From contig CM060734.1 of NCBI GenBank assembly GCA_030704615.1, positions 11,594,001 to 11,658,000 on the forward strand: DNA of 64,000 bases. Reading direction: 5' to 3'. The position numbers were made by a program, and so were the translations under genes. Shown here piece after piece: positions 38,022 to 50,075 of this stretch. The notes beneath the pieces were generated by a model. That model saw only the letters and a program-made list of their open reading frames with translations, was not told the origin of the DNA and made no database searches. This DNA is from Takakia lepidozioides (taxonomy: Eukaryota > Plantae > Bryophyta). Position 1 is the first letter of the stretch. Each line of letters opens with the position of its first letter.

Positions 38022-39599
38022 GGGAGCAACGTCCACTGGACAGCCGAGGTTCAAGAAAATCATGAATAACCATCTATGTTTCAATCTGTTCCAAGGAAGT
38101 GGCAGACAATTTTTGTTTTCTAAGATAAACCTGCCACTGCAAATCCCATAGCAAGAGGCATTTGACCTTTTGGTCATTATACGGTCGACATCCTATGGGT
38201 TTTTCCACGTTGAATATATCAGCGTCTTTTTCGGATAACCGCAACTCGTCAAGTTGCGGTTTGAGTTAATCCAGAAGAAACATGTTTTTGTAGGGGTCGA
38301 CGAGCGCTTTATATTTTGGAAGGAAGATACCGATTGACTTTGGGTTCAAGTAAGACTTATACATATTTTCTACAAGAATTGTATCCCTGCCTTTCATTCC
38401 GGATCAATACCTTCTTAATTTGCCAGATATTGCCAACCACTTTGGCTCGTATCTGGGTTGCTTGGGAGTCTTTGACCCGCTTATGTGTACCCAGAACATT
38501 AGGCAGAATTCTGCTTGGAAGTCTGCCACCATTGCGTCCAGACTCAATGACAATGGATTTCCTAAGATGGGGGTGAATGTAGGAATGACTGGATCAAAAT
38601 GGACGTTATCGGCACAGTTTTAGATTACTGCAATTGATGGTGTCATCAATTTTTTTGAATTAACTCGTTAAAACTAGCAAATATATATGTCATTGGATTC
38701 CTAGTTTCAATACGCACCCATAGCAACTCTCCAATCATGAATCCGATAAGAAATGACAAAGTTATGGACTTTTGAATGGACTTGTTTTTGCAGTGAATAG
38801 AATTACAATGGACTCAAGAAGTCCTATGTGCCATTGGTCAATTCCATTGGTCAATTTGGACAAGGTGACCATTTGGTCCACATCATAGATATGGATTTGA
38901 AGTGGCAAAATCCCTCTCCGTTTGGCTCCTATGGACTAATATATGTCCCAAAAAGGTGGTTTATTTTGCCAAGTCCATGGTGTATTTTGATTTTGATTTT
39001 GAGGTGTCATATTTTACTACAAAGGATACAAAAATATAATCTACAATTGCTTGGTTGTATATAAACAAATCGATGTAAATTCTAATTTTTGATATATCAA
39101 ATCTTATTCAAATTAAAGACTAAAATTTATAGTAAAAATTATCTTTGATGTTTGGGGTAAGGCCCTTTACTAAAAATGTTGAATATACCATTGTCTATCA
39201 TCATTTGAATTATTTGGGGAAAATATTGTCAACTTTAAATTTGGTCATGGACTTCCATGGAATGCAACATCTGTCGTTTTTGGTCCAGTCATTCCTGCAT
39301 TCATCCATGGTCTTACTAATGCCGGATGAAGACACTCTTCCTGACTTCATACGTCTCCCTATCGATGAAAAGGGGTTGATTGAAGATTCCACTACATCGG
39401 CATGCTTCAATTGTGGCATGCATGGCCATATCAAAGCTTGTCCACAAGGGGGAAAAAAATACTATCAAAGCCAGGCAAAGCCATCACCGCCCCACCAGAC
39501 GTTGGGGATTGCTCGCTATTTAGTTATCACCAAGCACGGACAGACCCGACCAAAGAGCCAAAATAGGGAGCACTAATCCAGAGTGTCTGGCTGACCCAC

Positions 39600-40260
39600 T
39601 TCAGCTCAGCCCAGAACAAAGACCAGTCCTAAAAATAGGTGGAACCATTGATCCTATGCTCATGGAAGTTGGGAACTTTGGACCTTCATGGAAAGACTCC
39701 AATGGCAAGCAAAAACCCAGGGACCAGGCCACACCCTCTGGCAAATGGAACAGAGCGCTTAAACCCCATTTGGTCCAAGGAGAGTCGGGCCAATTCTTGG
39801 TCTCTGGAATTGCGAGTAACCCTATACTAGCCAGAATATGTCTCAGGCTCCACTTATACCCGCAGCTGGCTCTCGAAGACTATGGAGACAAATCCCCTAC
39901 CTTTGGCATGACAAAATTGTTGTTTTAATTCACCCGATCCTCCCAGATATTGGATTGTCCAATCATTGACGAATACTCTGCTGACCTTCTTCCCTGGGAA
40001 GTGGACCAGGATACCGTTGTCTTCCATAATTGAGACTCGGTTGTTGAGGTCAACTATGTCCATGGAGATGAGAGGGAAGTCCCCCCGGAGGGCCTGTAGT
40101 TGTGTGGTATGCAAATCCTCCAACATGTCTGATGTGTCCTGGGGGCTTTGGGGCGCTATTGTCGGGCTGGTATTGGTGCAGGTGATAGCTGTTGGAGATG
40201 GGCGATCACACTGGGAGGAGTGCTTTGAGGTTGCATTGTTTGTGGATGCTGATGATGCCT
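39600..40260 (-). pseudogene. LINE (L1-like) ORF1 fragment, DUF4283-like
   Basis: GILVHFPGKKVSRVFVNDW...KGRGFVSIVFES resembles the RRM-like DUF4283 region of plant L1 ORF1; degraded. Confidence 0.5.
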
Positions 40261-41029
40261 TTTGATTCTACTCTAGTGGTTGTTTGCAAACCCCTTCGGT
40301 TGCATGGCAGTTTCCCTGGGCAACCAGACCTCCGCACTTCCCTATTCGTTTCCACCTAGCGATTTTGCGTGGTGGGCAAGGAAATACCCCGTCCCAGAGG
40401 AGGGTGGGCCCTGAAAGTTGGGTGGGCTCGTGGATACCCGCGCAATCTGCTGGAACTTTGGCCACGCATTCTGAACTGTGAATTGAGAGGACCCCTTGCA
40501 CTTCTAAGAAGAGAGAGAGAGATAGATTACTGAAAGACACAGGAGGGAAGGGCAAGAGCTGAGATATGCGATGCTGTGAGGAGTTGATCAAGGCTTTGCG
40601 CGGGATGAGCTAGTAGAACGTAGCTTGCAATGTGAGAGGTTTTTAGGATCGTAATGAGGTTGACAGAGAAACTTGTAGATATCATAAATGATGACGGCCG
40701 CCAACACTGGTGAGCCGTCTCCCCATTGACGATGAAGGAATGAGTGTATAGTAAACTTGTACTTACTTGGGATGAAAATGTGATGAACTTTCAAGGTATT
40801 GATGAAAGAAATCAGTCATTACAGCGAGAAATCACTCATTTTAGTGAGAGATGACCCGTAAGAATCCGATGTGCCTGTCTCGTGTATGAATCCTCTAGTG
40901 CATTTGCTGATAACTCATAAAACTCCTTAGATCATAAGAGACCCGTGGTTGAAGGAGAGAGACAAAGAGACCGTTGGGCTCCCCTCTCATCGCATAACGC
41001 GGAGCTCCAGGGCCCCATGTGTCTTATAA

Positions 41030-42180
41030 GTTATTCTTCAAAAACATTCAAGAGTTTAAATTATGAAGGTCCTGTTTTTGTCCAACAATGCTATTAAAGC
41101 ATATTTACATAATTTTAATCTTTGATTAAATGAGATGTATAGAGTTATAGGCGTTGGCCAACGTCCTATAGCATGTGCTCCCTTGGTCGAACTGAGACTT
41201 TGTTCACATCAAAGTGGAAGTCATTATTGTGACCAACTTGCTATCAATTAGTCAGAGAGAGATAGCTTGATTTGTTCTTGTTGGAGAAATTACTCATTTG
41301 AAGTTCAAATGCACCAATAGTGATGCTGTTGGGATGACACCTTAGATCTCTTCTTTAAGTTAATGCCGCATGACATAACTCTATGAAGGTTATGAAATAA
41401 GTTTGTAGGAACTCCAAGCATCATTAACAATATAGATTGTTACATGCTTGAATGACACTTTAAACTGTTTGAAATGGCCATTAGACTCAATCGTCTCCAT
41501 GACTTCATGAGTATTCCTTCGTGGGCTTCTTTGCCTAGGAATAATGTTCACCACATTTAGGTGCTTATGATATACTATATTGATGCAAAGTTTGATTTTA
41601 TAAATATTATTTTAGATCATGAAGATCTTAGATATTCTTTGATAGTTGTTTGACAATCATAACTACTAGTATTACAATACTAACATAAATTTTTAAGTCG
41701 ACTCTCATTAGATCTCTATGGATCGGTTGAGCACTAGCTTTGATACCATGTTAAATATATGGAGAGATAGAGTGACTTGTAATTGATAATGAAGAAGATG
41801 TTACAATAGTGATCGTGTGCAAGCTCACTTTAAGACATGTGAACAATCATGACTATTGATACAACCAATAGGTATAAGTCACACAGATCACAACTCTTAG
41901 ACAAAGAGTTGTGTCCTTTTAGGATTCACCATCTGAGGTTGAATGTTAGAATTGACTTCCAACAGATTTTAATCTCTCGTTGACCATTGACTCGGCGTTG
42001 ACCATTGAATCCGGTTTTGTCCAATGGCAGTTCATACATTGTTCTACATATATTAGACAATGCATACTTAAACCTAGGACCTCCACGTTATAACATTTCT
42101 AAGATACTACACACTAACCAACACATCTACAATACATCTATGTATCACAAAAGCAGTCCAAGTATATATACATATCAAGA
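41030..42180 (-). mobile_element. Old LTR retrotransposon remnant with tRNA-iMet PBS (Copia-like)
   Basis: GCTTTGATACCA at 41737-41748 (reverse complement TGGTATCAAAGC) abuts TGTT at 41749. No intact ORF; outer boundaries uncertain. Confidence 0.5.
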
Positions 42181-42419
42181 GTTATTTCCTGGTGACTACC
42201 ACTATCTCAATCCTATCATTGTGTTGCAGATTATGAGTACTCTGTAGGAGCTCTCACAGCTGGAACTTGCACCGAGAATTGTCCCTAGAGTTCTTTAAGA
42301 ACAAATATCTATCAAGGGCCTAAGTTTTGCGAAGCTGCATTGCAACTTATTGTTGGACAATGACTATAGTCTGAGGATGCCAAGCCCATTATGCTCTACA
42401 ATCTACTCCCAGAACCAAT

Positions 42420-42863
42420 TTTCTGCGACGCCCCCAGGAAGCTGCGACGTCGGGGAATCGCAACAGAACGTCGTAGCGCCACAACCCCAGCGACGGCCGG
42501 GGCGCTCCTACGACGGCGGGGAATCGCAGTGCTAAACAAAAAAAACAAAAAAACATTCCCCGCCGTCGTAGGAGCGCCCGGCCGTCGCAAAAGCGTCGCT
42601 GGGGCTGCGGCACTGCAACGCCTCGTTGCGATTCTCCGGCGTCGCAACCCCCAGCGCGCTGGCGGGGGAATGGGGTCAGGCCCCTTTCCGGCGACGACAT
42701 GGCATCGCAAGATGCCACGCCGTCGTCCGAGCGCCGGCGTTGCGACGCCCCGACGTTGCAATTCTCGGGCCAGGCGCCTGCGCGACGCTGCAGTCCCAGG
42801 GGGGTCGGCACGTCCGGCGCGCCCAGGGGTCCCGGCGTCGCTAACCCCCTTAACGTAGTAGTG
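42420..42863. mobile_element. CACTA terminus with GC-rich GCGACG subterminal repeats
   Basis: Ends AACGTAGTAGTG (reverse complement CACTACTACGTT). Confidence 0.8.
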
Positions 42864-43399
42864 AGTCATTTGCACACAAGAAGTATGACTTTTGCAAGCC
42901 CAAAACACCAAAAGGGAGGCAGCCACGAAAACTGTTGCGACAAAGCTGGAGAAACGAAGAGATGAGTACCCAGAGGAAAAGCCTTTAGAAGTGCTAGGTA
43001 GAAATGGTTAACCCAGAAAACAGCAGGAGCTTGTACACAGATGAGTCACTTGTTAAAATCTGTGTGAAAATGCTTCTCAAAACTAGGCTACACTAGTTCA
43101 ATTTCCGTTGCAAATGCTTGAGGAACAATAACAAGGAACTGAGTGACTGCTCAACAAAGGTGAACTACGTCATCCTAAAATCAAGAATTTGTCCTACAAA
43201 GCAAAATTTCAGAAATGACATGGCGTTTTTTATAAGGCCTGTGCGCAGCAATCCCGCACCCATTTGACGTGAGCTGCAGGGAGAGGACGACAACAAGCAC
43301 AAAAAGAGAGAGAACAAAGGGATATAGAAGGAGAGAAAGAAGTAGCTTTGTGTTTGAAATTCCAATTCAAAATTTTCCCACCTAAATTCAAATGTACCC

Positions 43400-43743
43400 C
43401 CCTAAACTGCGACGTCTGGACGTCTGGGGGTTGCAAATGCGACCCCCGGACGTCCCTAATGCGGCGTTGCAGAAAAACAATTTATTTATTTATTTAGTAT
43501 TATTTTTGCGATGCACGGACGTCGCAAGTCGCGTCGGCGCCACGGCGTCGCAGGTCGCGGCCGGGGATCCTGGGGGGTTTGCGATTCCCCGACGACGCTA
43601 ATTAGCGACGTTTCGAGAGCGACTTCTCGACGTCGCAAAATGCCCCCGGCGCGCCCCGGACGCCTTAGAGTATTTCCGTCGCTAATCGCGGCGGTTGGAG
43701 GTCGTTGGGGCATCGCTAAACCCCCCCCCCAAACGTAGTAGTG
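43400..43743. mobile_element. Second CACTA terminus of the same family
   Basis: Same AACGTAGTAGTG end and GCGACG repeats, same orientation. Confidence 0.8.
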
Positions 43744-44560
43744 ACTACCGGAGACCACTTGACCAGTGCTCAGTGGAATACCAATTTGAGACAGCCTCCA
43801 TGGTCCAGCGACCATGCTTTTTTGGTCCAAACTAATCTGTAATTCTCATAATATGCCTACACAGCAATAAAGAATTAGGACGACATAACCCTGAGTGGGA
43901 TGGTTATCTCCTTTGCTTCTGACCCAAGTTTTCCAATTCAGGCAAGTAAGAATCAACAAAGCAACCACAGACTCCGTCTCTCTCTCAGAAGAGACTCTCC
44001 ACACATATAACTTTTTCAACCTCTGGGAAAAACTTCCAGATTTCACAGAAAACCCGTTCAACTAAGTGTGCAAATTTTCTGGTTGTGTCTACCTTTTTTC
44101 TAACACTCTCGGGAAGTTTTGACTCTGGCTCGAGGTAGGTTGCAATTCCACAGCTCTTCTTCTCCAGTGCTAAGATTCCCCATCAAATCCACTCAATGAA
44201 ACAGTACTAGACAAGTGCCAGTTTGGCACCGAAAGACATGTCCATTTCACGTGTAGTTGTTGGTTGACAACGCCCACACGTAACCTCGGGGGGGCCACTC
44301 CTTATCAGTTTGGTAGACATGTGCAATAAAAGGGTATTTTCCTAGGGGGTATTAATTTATTTTTTTGGTTTTTTCTATACCTATAATTATATAATTTTCT
44401 AATATACAGCATTTTTGAATAGGCTATTTTTTTAAAAAATATTCAGCAGCAACCATGAATATTTGATATGCTATACTAATATAAAAATAAATAAAATAAT
44501 TTTTTACAAAACAAAAACTTGTGTTTTACATTTCCATGCAAACTTGCATTTTATATTTCA

Positions 44561-44935
44561 TTACTTGCTAGAAACAAACTCATCTAGAGTATCACTATCG
44601 ACATCAGCGAGGGTGTATACATTCTGACCTCTATCGTAAGTCAGAGTTACTGAGCTAATAATAAAATCAATATCTATCCATTTACTATCAGTGACATCGT
44701 ACTTAAACTTCAGATGCCCTCTAGACTTAGAGAAGTAATTTAATAGTACCATGATATTGGTTGATGGTTTGTTGAAGAGATCTAGTACTGGCTAATGGGA
44801 GATCCCCCATCTAGTGCCCACTTTCCTCCTCATCTTTTGTATCCTACCTATCCACCAGGTATCATGATCCACACCAGCACAACAGATTTTCCTTACTCAA
44901 TGACTTCACTTAGGCACTGATCTATGGATATGGCA
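44561..44935 (-). pseudogene. C-terminal fragment of an unclassified transposon-like protein
   Basis: WWIGRIQKMRRKVGTRWG ... MVLLNYFSKSRGHLKFKYDVTDSKWIDIDFII...*; frameshifted; family not identified. Confidence 0.3.
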
Positions 44936-44939
44936 ACAT

Positions 44940-45829
44940 GACATCAAATGGTTATCTTCCTCAAGCAAAATGGGAAACAGATGGTGATGCAACCACTTGG
45001 AAGCGTGCTCAAAAACATATCCGTTGTATGAACAAATCGGCCTCCCAACCACCACAGGCTTGTGCATTTTGGGCACGAGATAGAACATGCAGGGTCAGTA
45101 GCCCCCTTGGGACTTGAACGCCAAAAAGTCCCTTGTCTACCTGTCAATCAAACCAAACAAGAGAGCGGAAACGAGCAATGCATCCAAACCATATGTGAGA
45201 TTGTCAAATGGGATCTCTGCCACGGATTTGTAAACTTGTCCATCGTGGAGTTGGCGGTGTGCCTCATCCACATACCAGTCCTTCCGCATGATCACCAACC
45301 CAAGATTTTTGTCTGCTGGCTTGATGACGATGGACTCATCTCTGCTCAGATAACGTATCGCAGTCTTGAGGTGACCTCGAATAGAAGACCTGTAGGCAGA
45401 GCGAGCCACATCCCTTAACCTAGTCTCTACAATGTTGCGACCCTCGATGATAATGCTTTCCAAAGTAGGAAGTCGCACACACGGATCCCAAGAAGGTTGA
45501 GGAACTCTGCAAGGAGGAATGGGTCTATCTCTAGCATCCCTGAAGTGATATCGAAGACGTAAAGATCGAGCCAAAGAGTCATAAGCATCAAGAATAGAAG
45601 AGGGAGAAGGAGGAGTAGGATGTGGAATAAAACTCAAACCTAGGCCTAAAAGCTTCTTTTCAAAACAAGAGAGTGGACAATTGGCCATGTTGTGGATTGC
45701 CACGTTGGTTAACCTATTCTCTACCTGAGAGACTCTCTTGCAAGAAAAAAGATAAAGCTTATAGCCCTCTACATCCCTCAACGGCCACCAGAAGAGCTTG
45801 CGAGCTCTCTTCCGCTTGGATCTGCCCAT
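44940..45829 (-). mobile_element. Penelope-like element (PLE) reverse transcriptase ORF, N-terminal half, two in-frame stops, truncated before the catalytic core
   Basis: HNMANCPLSCFEKKLLGLGLSFIP, RSLRLRYHF, SWDP, IVIKPADKNLGLVIMRKDWYVDEAHRQLHD..Y, FYLVPKMHKP..GRPIC: ordered PLE RT motifs. ORFs 45137-45829 and 44906-45088 share a frame. Confidence 0.85.
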
Positions 45830-46455
45830 GTGACCTTCTTCTTGAGCTTTTGTTGTTGGTTTTTCCCCGACTTTTGTTGTCCAGAACCAAAACGGGTCTG
45901 AGAACGTAGGGCGGATTTGCTCGGAGAAGATGAACGCGATGTAGCGAAACGGGTGCGAGCAGTCCCATTCCGCTGTTGGCCATTTCCCTGCTGCTTTGAA
46001 GAGTTTGCCTTGGAGGAAGTTACCTTGGCTTTTGCTGAAGTGCCTCGGCCGGTAGGTTGAGTCTTAGAGACTCGTCGAGCAGGCAAGCGGCCACGCTGTT
46101 GTTGCCTCTTGTGGTTAGGAGAGGAAGAACGCGCTCGTTGTTGTTGCTTAGGGCGAGTAAGAGAGAGAGAAGTTTTCTTTCCTGAGTTGGAAAGTTGTTT
46201 CTGAACCTCTTTCCTTACTAGCTCGGCAATGGTAGGCTCAGTAGGAAGAACATCAGCATCTGCCATGGCCTGATCTCTAGCTCGGTTCCTTTCATGAAAC
46301 GCCTTTTCCCTCATTGTAGTACCGAGGTTGTGGTTGGCGCGAAAGCAAGAAATTCCAGCAAATCAAGCTGTAGTGGCTTGAGTGCACACAAAGTCAAGCT
46401 CATCAAAGATCCAAGAAGAATCCTCAATCTGGTCTGTGCAAGAAGATACATCCAC
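45778..46455 (-). pseudogene. Basic (K/R/S/Q-rich) ORF1 upstream of and overlapping the PLE RT ORF
   Basis: 178-aa ORF 45778-46314, extendable upstream through one TGA; overlaps the RT ORF start by 52 nt in another frame. Confidence 0.55.
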
Positions 46456-46459
46456 ATGC

Positions 46460-46895
46460 AAGTTGTTTTGTCATGTTGAGATGTCCCGAACCGCGGGGCC
46501 CCAGCCCTGGTGCTTGGTACCGTTGGAAAGCCCTCGACGAGGAGGGGTGCACGGGCTTGGTCTCATGATTTTTGGACCTGCGGTGTGGGAGATGTGGAAT
46601 TTTAAGTACTTTTGGTCGCTGGAAATTCACGAAAAATAGCAAAGTGGGCATTCCTGGACAATGGTTGGAGCCTCTACAGGAGAGATATCAAGGGAAAGGT
46701 CTCCGGTTCAAATCTGTTCGTAGGCTCGTGGAAAAAAACTTACTTAGATGACATTGGACACTTGGGCCAACAACACAGGCTATCCTAGAGATTACATTTT
46801 GGCCTCGACAATACAAAAGCACTTTGATACATAGGGGATTGAACTTGGACTTAGATGATACTGGACACTTGGGCCAACGACACAGGCTACCCTAG
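46460..46895 (+). mobile_element. Non-autonomous Helitron-like repeat, copy 1
   Basis: T-rich start TTTGTCA(C/T)GTTGAGATGTCCC; duplicated 3' ends GGGCCAAC..CACAGGCTA(C/T)CCTAG with final CTAG|T. Confidence 0.6.
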
Positions 46896-46915
46896 TCAAT
46901 ATGTGAAGCGAGACA

Positions 46916-47382
46916 TTTGTTTTGTTTTGTTTGTTTTGTTTTGTCACGTTGAGATGTCCCAAACCGCAGGGCCCAGCCTTGGTGCTTGGTATTGTTGGAA
47001 AGCCCTCAGTAAGGAGGGGTACACGGGCTTGGTCTCATGGTTTTGGACCTGCGGTGTGGGAGATGTCGAATTTAAGTACTTTTGGTCGTTGGAAATTCGC
47101 AAAAAATACGAAAGTGGGCTTTCCTGGCACAATGATCGGAGCCTCGACGAGAGAGATATCAAGGAAAAGGTCTCCTGTTCAAATCAGGTCGTAGATTCCG
47201 TGGAAAAAAAATGATTAGACTTGGATGACTTAGATGACATTGGGCACTTGGGCCAACGGCACATGCTATCCTAGAGGTCATACTTGGGCCTAGACATAGC
47301 AGACGCACTTGAATGCATAGGAGATTGCACTTGGGCTTACATGACCTTGGACACTTGGGCCAATGGCACAGGCTACCCTAGT
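46916..47382 (+). mobile_element. Non-autonomous Helitron-like repeat, copy 2
   Basis: Direct repeat of 46460-46895; ends GGGCCAATGGCACAGGCTACCCTAG|T. Confidence 0.6.
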
Positions 47383-47628
47383 AGCTGTGATGATACACTC
47401 ACCTGCGCATTCCACCATACCATAACCGATTTTTAGAGCGGACTCGCTGACGTGGCGGGATTTGAGCAGGGGTGCTATATAAAGTATTCTACGACCTACT
47501 AGATTTTAACTACCTACTTGCTGCGGGGATGAAAACTTCATATCACAGCTCCAAATGGATAGAAAACGTGGTGGTAGGTACGTACAAGGGTAAACTGACT
47601 GGCTGGCTGCCCTAAAATCTGGTAGCGC

Positions 47629-47734
47629 TCGAGAGGAGCTACCGGATATAGCAGGTCGCCATGACATCTCGCCGCTAACGCGGCTCGGTAGGTCCTGGCT
47701 CCCTGCTATATCCGGTAGCAGGGGCTCCTCTCGA
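47629..47734. other. Inverted repeat / hairpin
   Basis: GCTACCGGATATAGCAGG / CCTGCTATATCCGGTAGC perfect 18-bp stem, extended by TCGAGAGGA / TCCTCTCGA. Confidence 0.75.
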
Positions 47735-48197
47735 ATGCCACCTAGTCCTTTCCATCTTGGAGGAATCCTTGCATTTTAGAATTTCGAATATAACTTGTTC
47801 CCATCCCATTCTGTTATGCACGTCAGCGTTCAAAAGATTGAGTGTAGTGCCACCCGTGCGACGCGTCATGCTAGGTGAGCTCGATTCCTCTTGTGAAGGA
47901 GGGAAATGAGTGGACATGCGTCAGGACAACATTCTCTAGGGTTCCTCTGGCATGGAAGGCTTGAGAAAGGATTGCATAGCTGGATGAGCTGCGGATCTAT
48001 GGTTCACTCTACTCTCGACTATGATGTAGGAAACCGATGTTTATCAGGGAGTTAACCCTTGGTGGGTTTTCTTATTCAGAGATCACAGAATTTTTATCTT
48101 GGTCGCTCTCGGCACCTGGCCCTCTTAATACTTGCCTCCAGTAAGATTATCTGCACTCTTATCAATCATTTTCTCTCTCATCGGTTTGAGCAGGACA

Positions 48198-50075
48198 ATG
48201 GATAAACCAGAGAGAGAAAAGAGAGCCGGTCGCGATGTCATGCTACCGCAATGTGTAACCTGCAGTAATGAGCTCACCTGTTTGATCTATAACCGCAAGA
48301 AAAAGGCTTGGGTTGATGTTGCCTACTCAGCCCTCAATACTCCCAAGTGGTATGCGTGCTGCTCCAAGTGCCATGATGAGGCAGTGTCAGAGAACAATGC
48401 CGCTCATGAAGAGCAGGTGGAAGAATTGACGGAGCAAATCGAGGCCTTACAAGAGCGTTTGCAGTTTTTGCAGAAATGGGGTGCGGATCCTAATAAAGAC
48501 CCTCATGCCGATGTGATTTGCCATTCGAAGGAGGGAGATAAGCTTCAAGCACACCGATGCGTTCTGGTATTTTCTACATGTAACCAGTCTGTTCTCAACT
48601 GGGATCTAACCACTGAACAGAAACAACTAGGATAAAACTGGACAGCTCCATATCGCTAAACCTTCGTTTTGTTAGTGAAATGTATCAATTCGTTGTCTGT
48701 GGTACCAGCCATGTGTTTCTCCTTCTCAATATCTGAATCCCCCTCCTGAACTTAAGAAAGTGTCTGCGCTGATCTAGTAGATGCACATATTTCTTGTTAA
48801 GTGGCAACTTCAGGCATCGATCTATGTCTGGAAGCATTAAAAGACAATAATTTATGCAACGAGGTTTCTGAGTATGTTTCCAAAACCCCAGTCGCCTCTG
48901 GATTTGCCAGTGATGCATGCCCTGGATCTCATGCCAAAATAATTGACTGGATATGGCCTAAACCATCTCGGTTGTCAAAGGATTGTGCTTGAGGGTTCCC
49001 AGGAATATGACCATCCTACAGCCTGAGGTTGTGTGGGCCTGAAATCTGTCCATCCAAGATTAGTAAAAACGATGTTCTGCTTGCAACTGAAAATTTTATC
49101 TGAGCAGGTCATTATGAGAGGTCTATGAAGAGAGGCCACCAATTTGCTCTTGGTTTCAGCTTGTGGTTTGGTTTTTGCACCCATGTCCCCAATAGTGGGG
49201 CATGGGGGCACAAGCAGCGTCATCTGTTGTCCATGAGCCCCTTCGCTCTCATGGCTTCCATGAGAGAAGCCCATACACAGATACCAGAGGCGTCGCTCTC
49301 CTCTCCTTCATCTGCGGCTGAAGGGGCCAAAGCAGTTGCAGAGGGGATAAGTTCGGAAATGAAATCTTCACTGTAACCAAGAGAACCCTATTCTAATCCG
49401 TTCTGCTTTCATGCACTGGCTAGTAGCATTCTTGGGTTTCTGGGTTGTATTCATAGCACAGTTACCAGATGCTGTGGTCTCTAGCCCAGCTGGATTCGTC
49501 GTGGATCTTTCATTCAGGCTACAACCAGCAAAACTTCACTCATATCATGGAAGGATGAGAAGATTGGATTCTTTAGCACCTACAACCTTATCATGCTCTT
49601 GCTACTGTGATCTTTGCTTCAGGCCAGCAAGTCAGCAGTATATAAGACAATGCTGGGGGCGGATCTGAAAGAAGGGAGGACTGGTGATATTTATCTGAAA
49701 GACATGTCCACTGCAGTCTTGCGTCCTTTTCTTCGATTCTTCTACACAGCAGAGGTGACTTGTAATGATCTGAAGTTACACGCAGCCGACCTTATTGCTG
49801 CAGCACACAAGTACGAGGTTGAGGAACTGAAATCGGTATGTGAGAAGTTCATATGCAAGAATATGTCCTCAGAAAATGCTCTTGGCTTTATGGAGCTTGC
49901 AATTTTGTACAGCTGTGACACCTTGAAGTCAGCAGCCATGACCATGATTTCGGGTGACTGGAAGACCGTGGTCTCTTCAAAAGAGTATAAGTCATTTTGT
50001 GAAAGGGATGCTCGTGCCGTCATTGAAATGTATCAGGGCCTTGTGCCTTTTTTCAAGAGGCAGCATGTGGATTAG
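48198..50075 (+). CDS. BTB/POZ domain protein with N-terminal CxxC..CxxC and coiled coil (At4g08455/At3g56230-like); exons 48198-48566 and 49623-50075, 273 aa
   Basis: HADVICHSKEGDKLQAHRCVL|ASKSAVYKTML...FLRFFYT...LIAAAHKYEVEELKSVCE; GT at 48567, TTTGCTTCAG ending 49622, phase 0, no internal stops. Confidence 0.9.

Noticed and set aside
42389-42965. Overlapping 140-176 aa Arg/Ala-rich ORFs on both strands
   Set aside because: Artefact of GC-rich CACTA subterminal repeats lacking stop codons.
19120-46455. Frequent in-frame TGA/TAA/TAG as readthrough, recoding or U-to-C editing
   Set aside because: Most are one transition from CGA/CAA/CAG/TGG and co-occur with frameshifts; methyl-C deamination in silenced nuclear repeats is the simpler explanation.
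46460-47382. Direct repeats as pseudo-LTRs of the Penelope-like element
   Set aside because: They have hairpin-plus-CTAG|T ends typical of Helitrons, interrupt ORF1, and show no hammerhead core.
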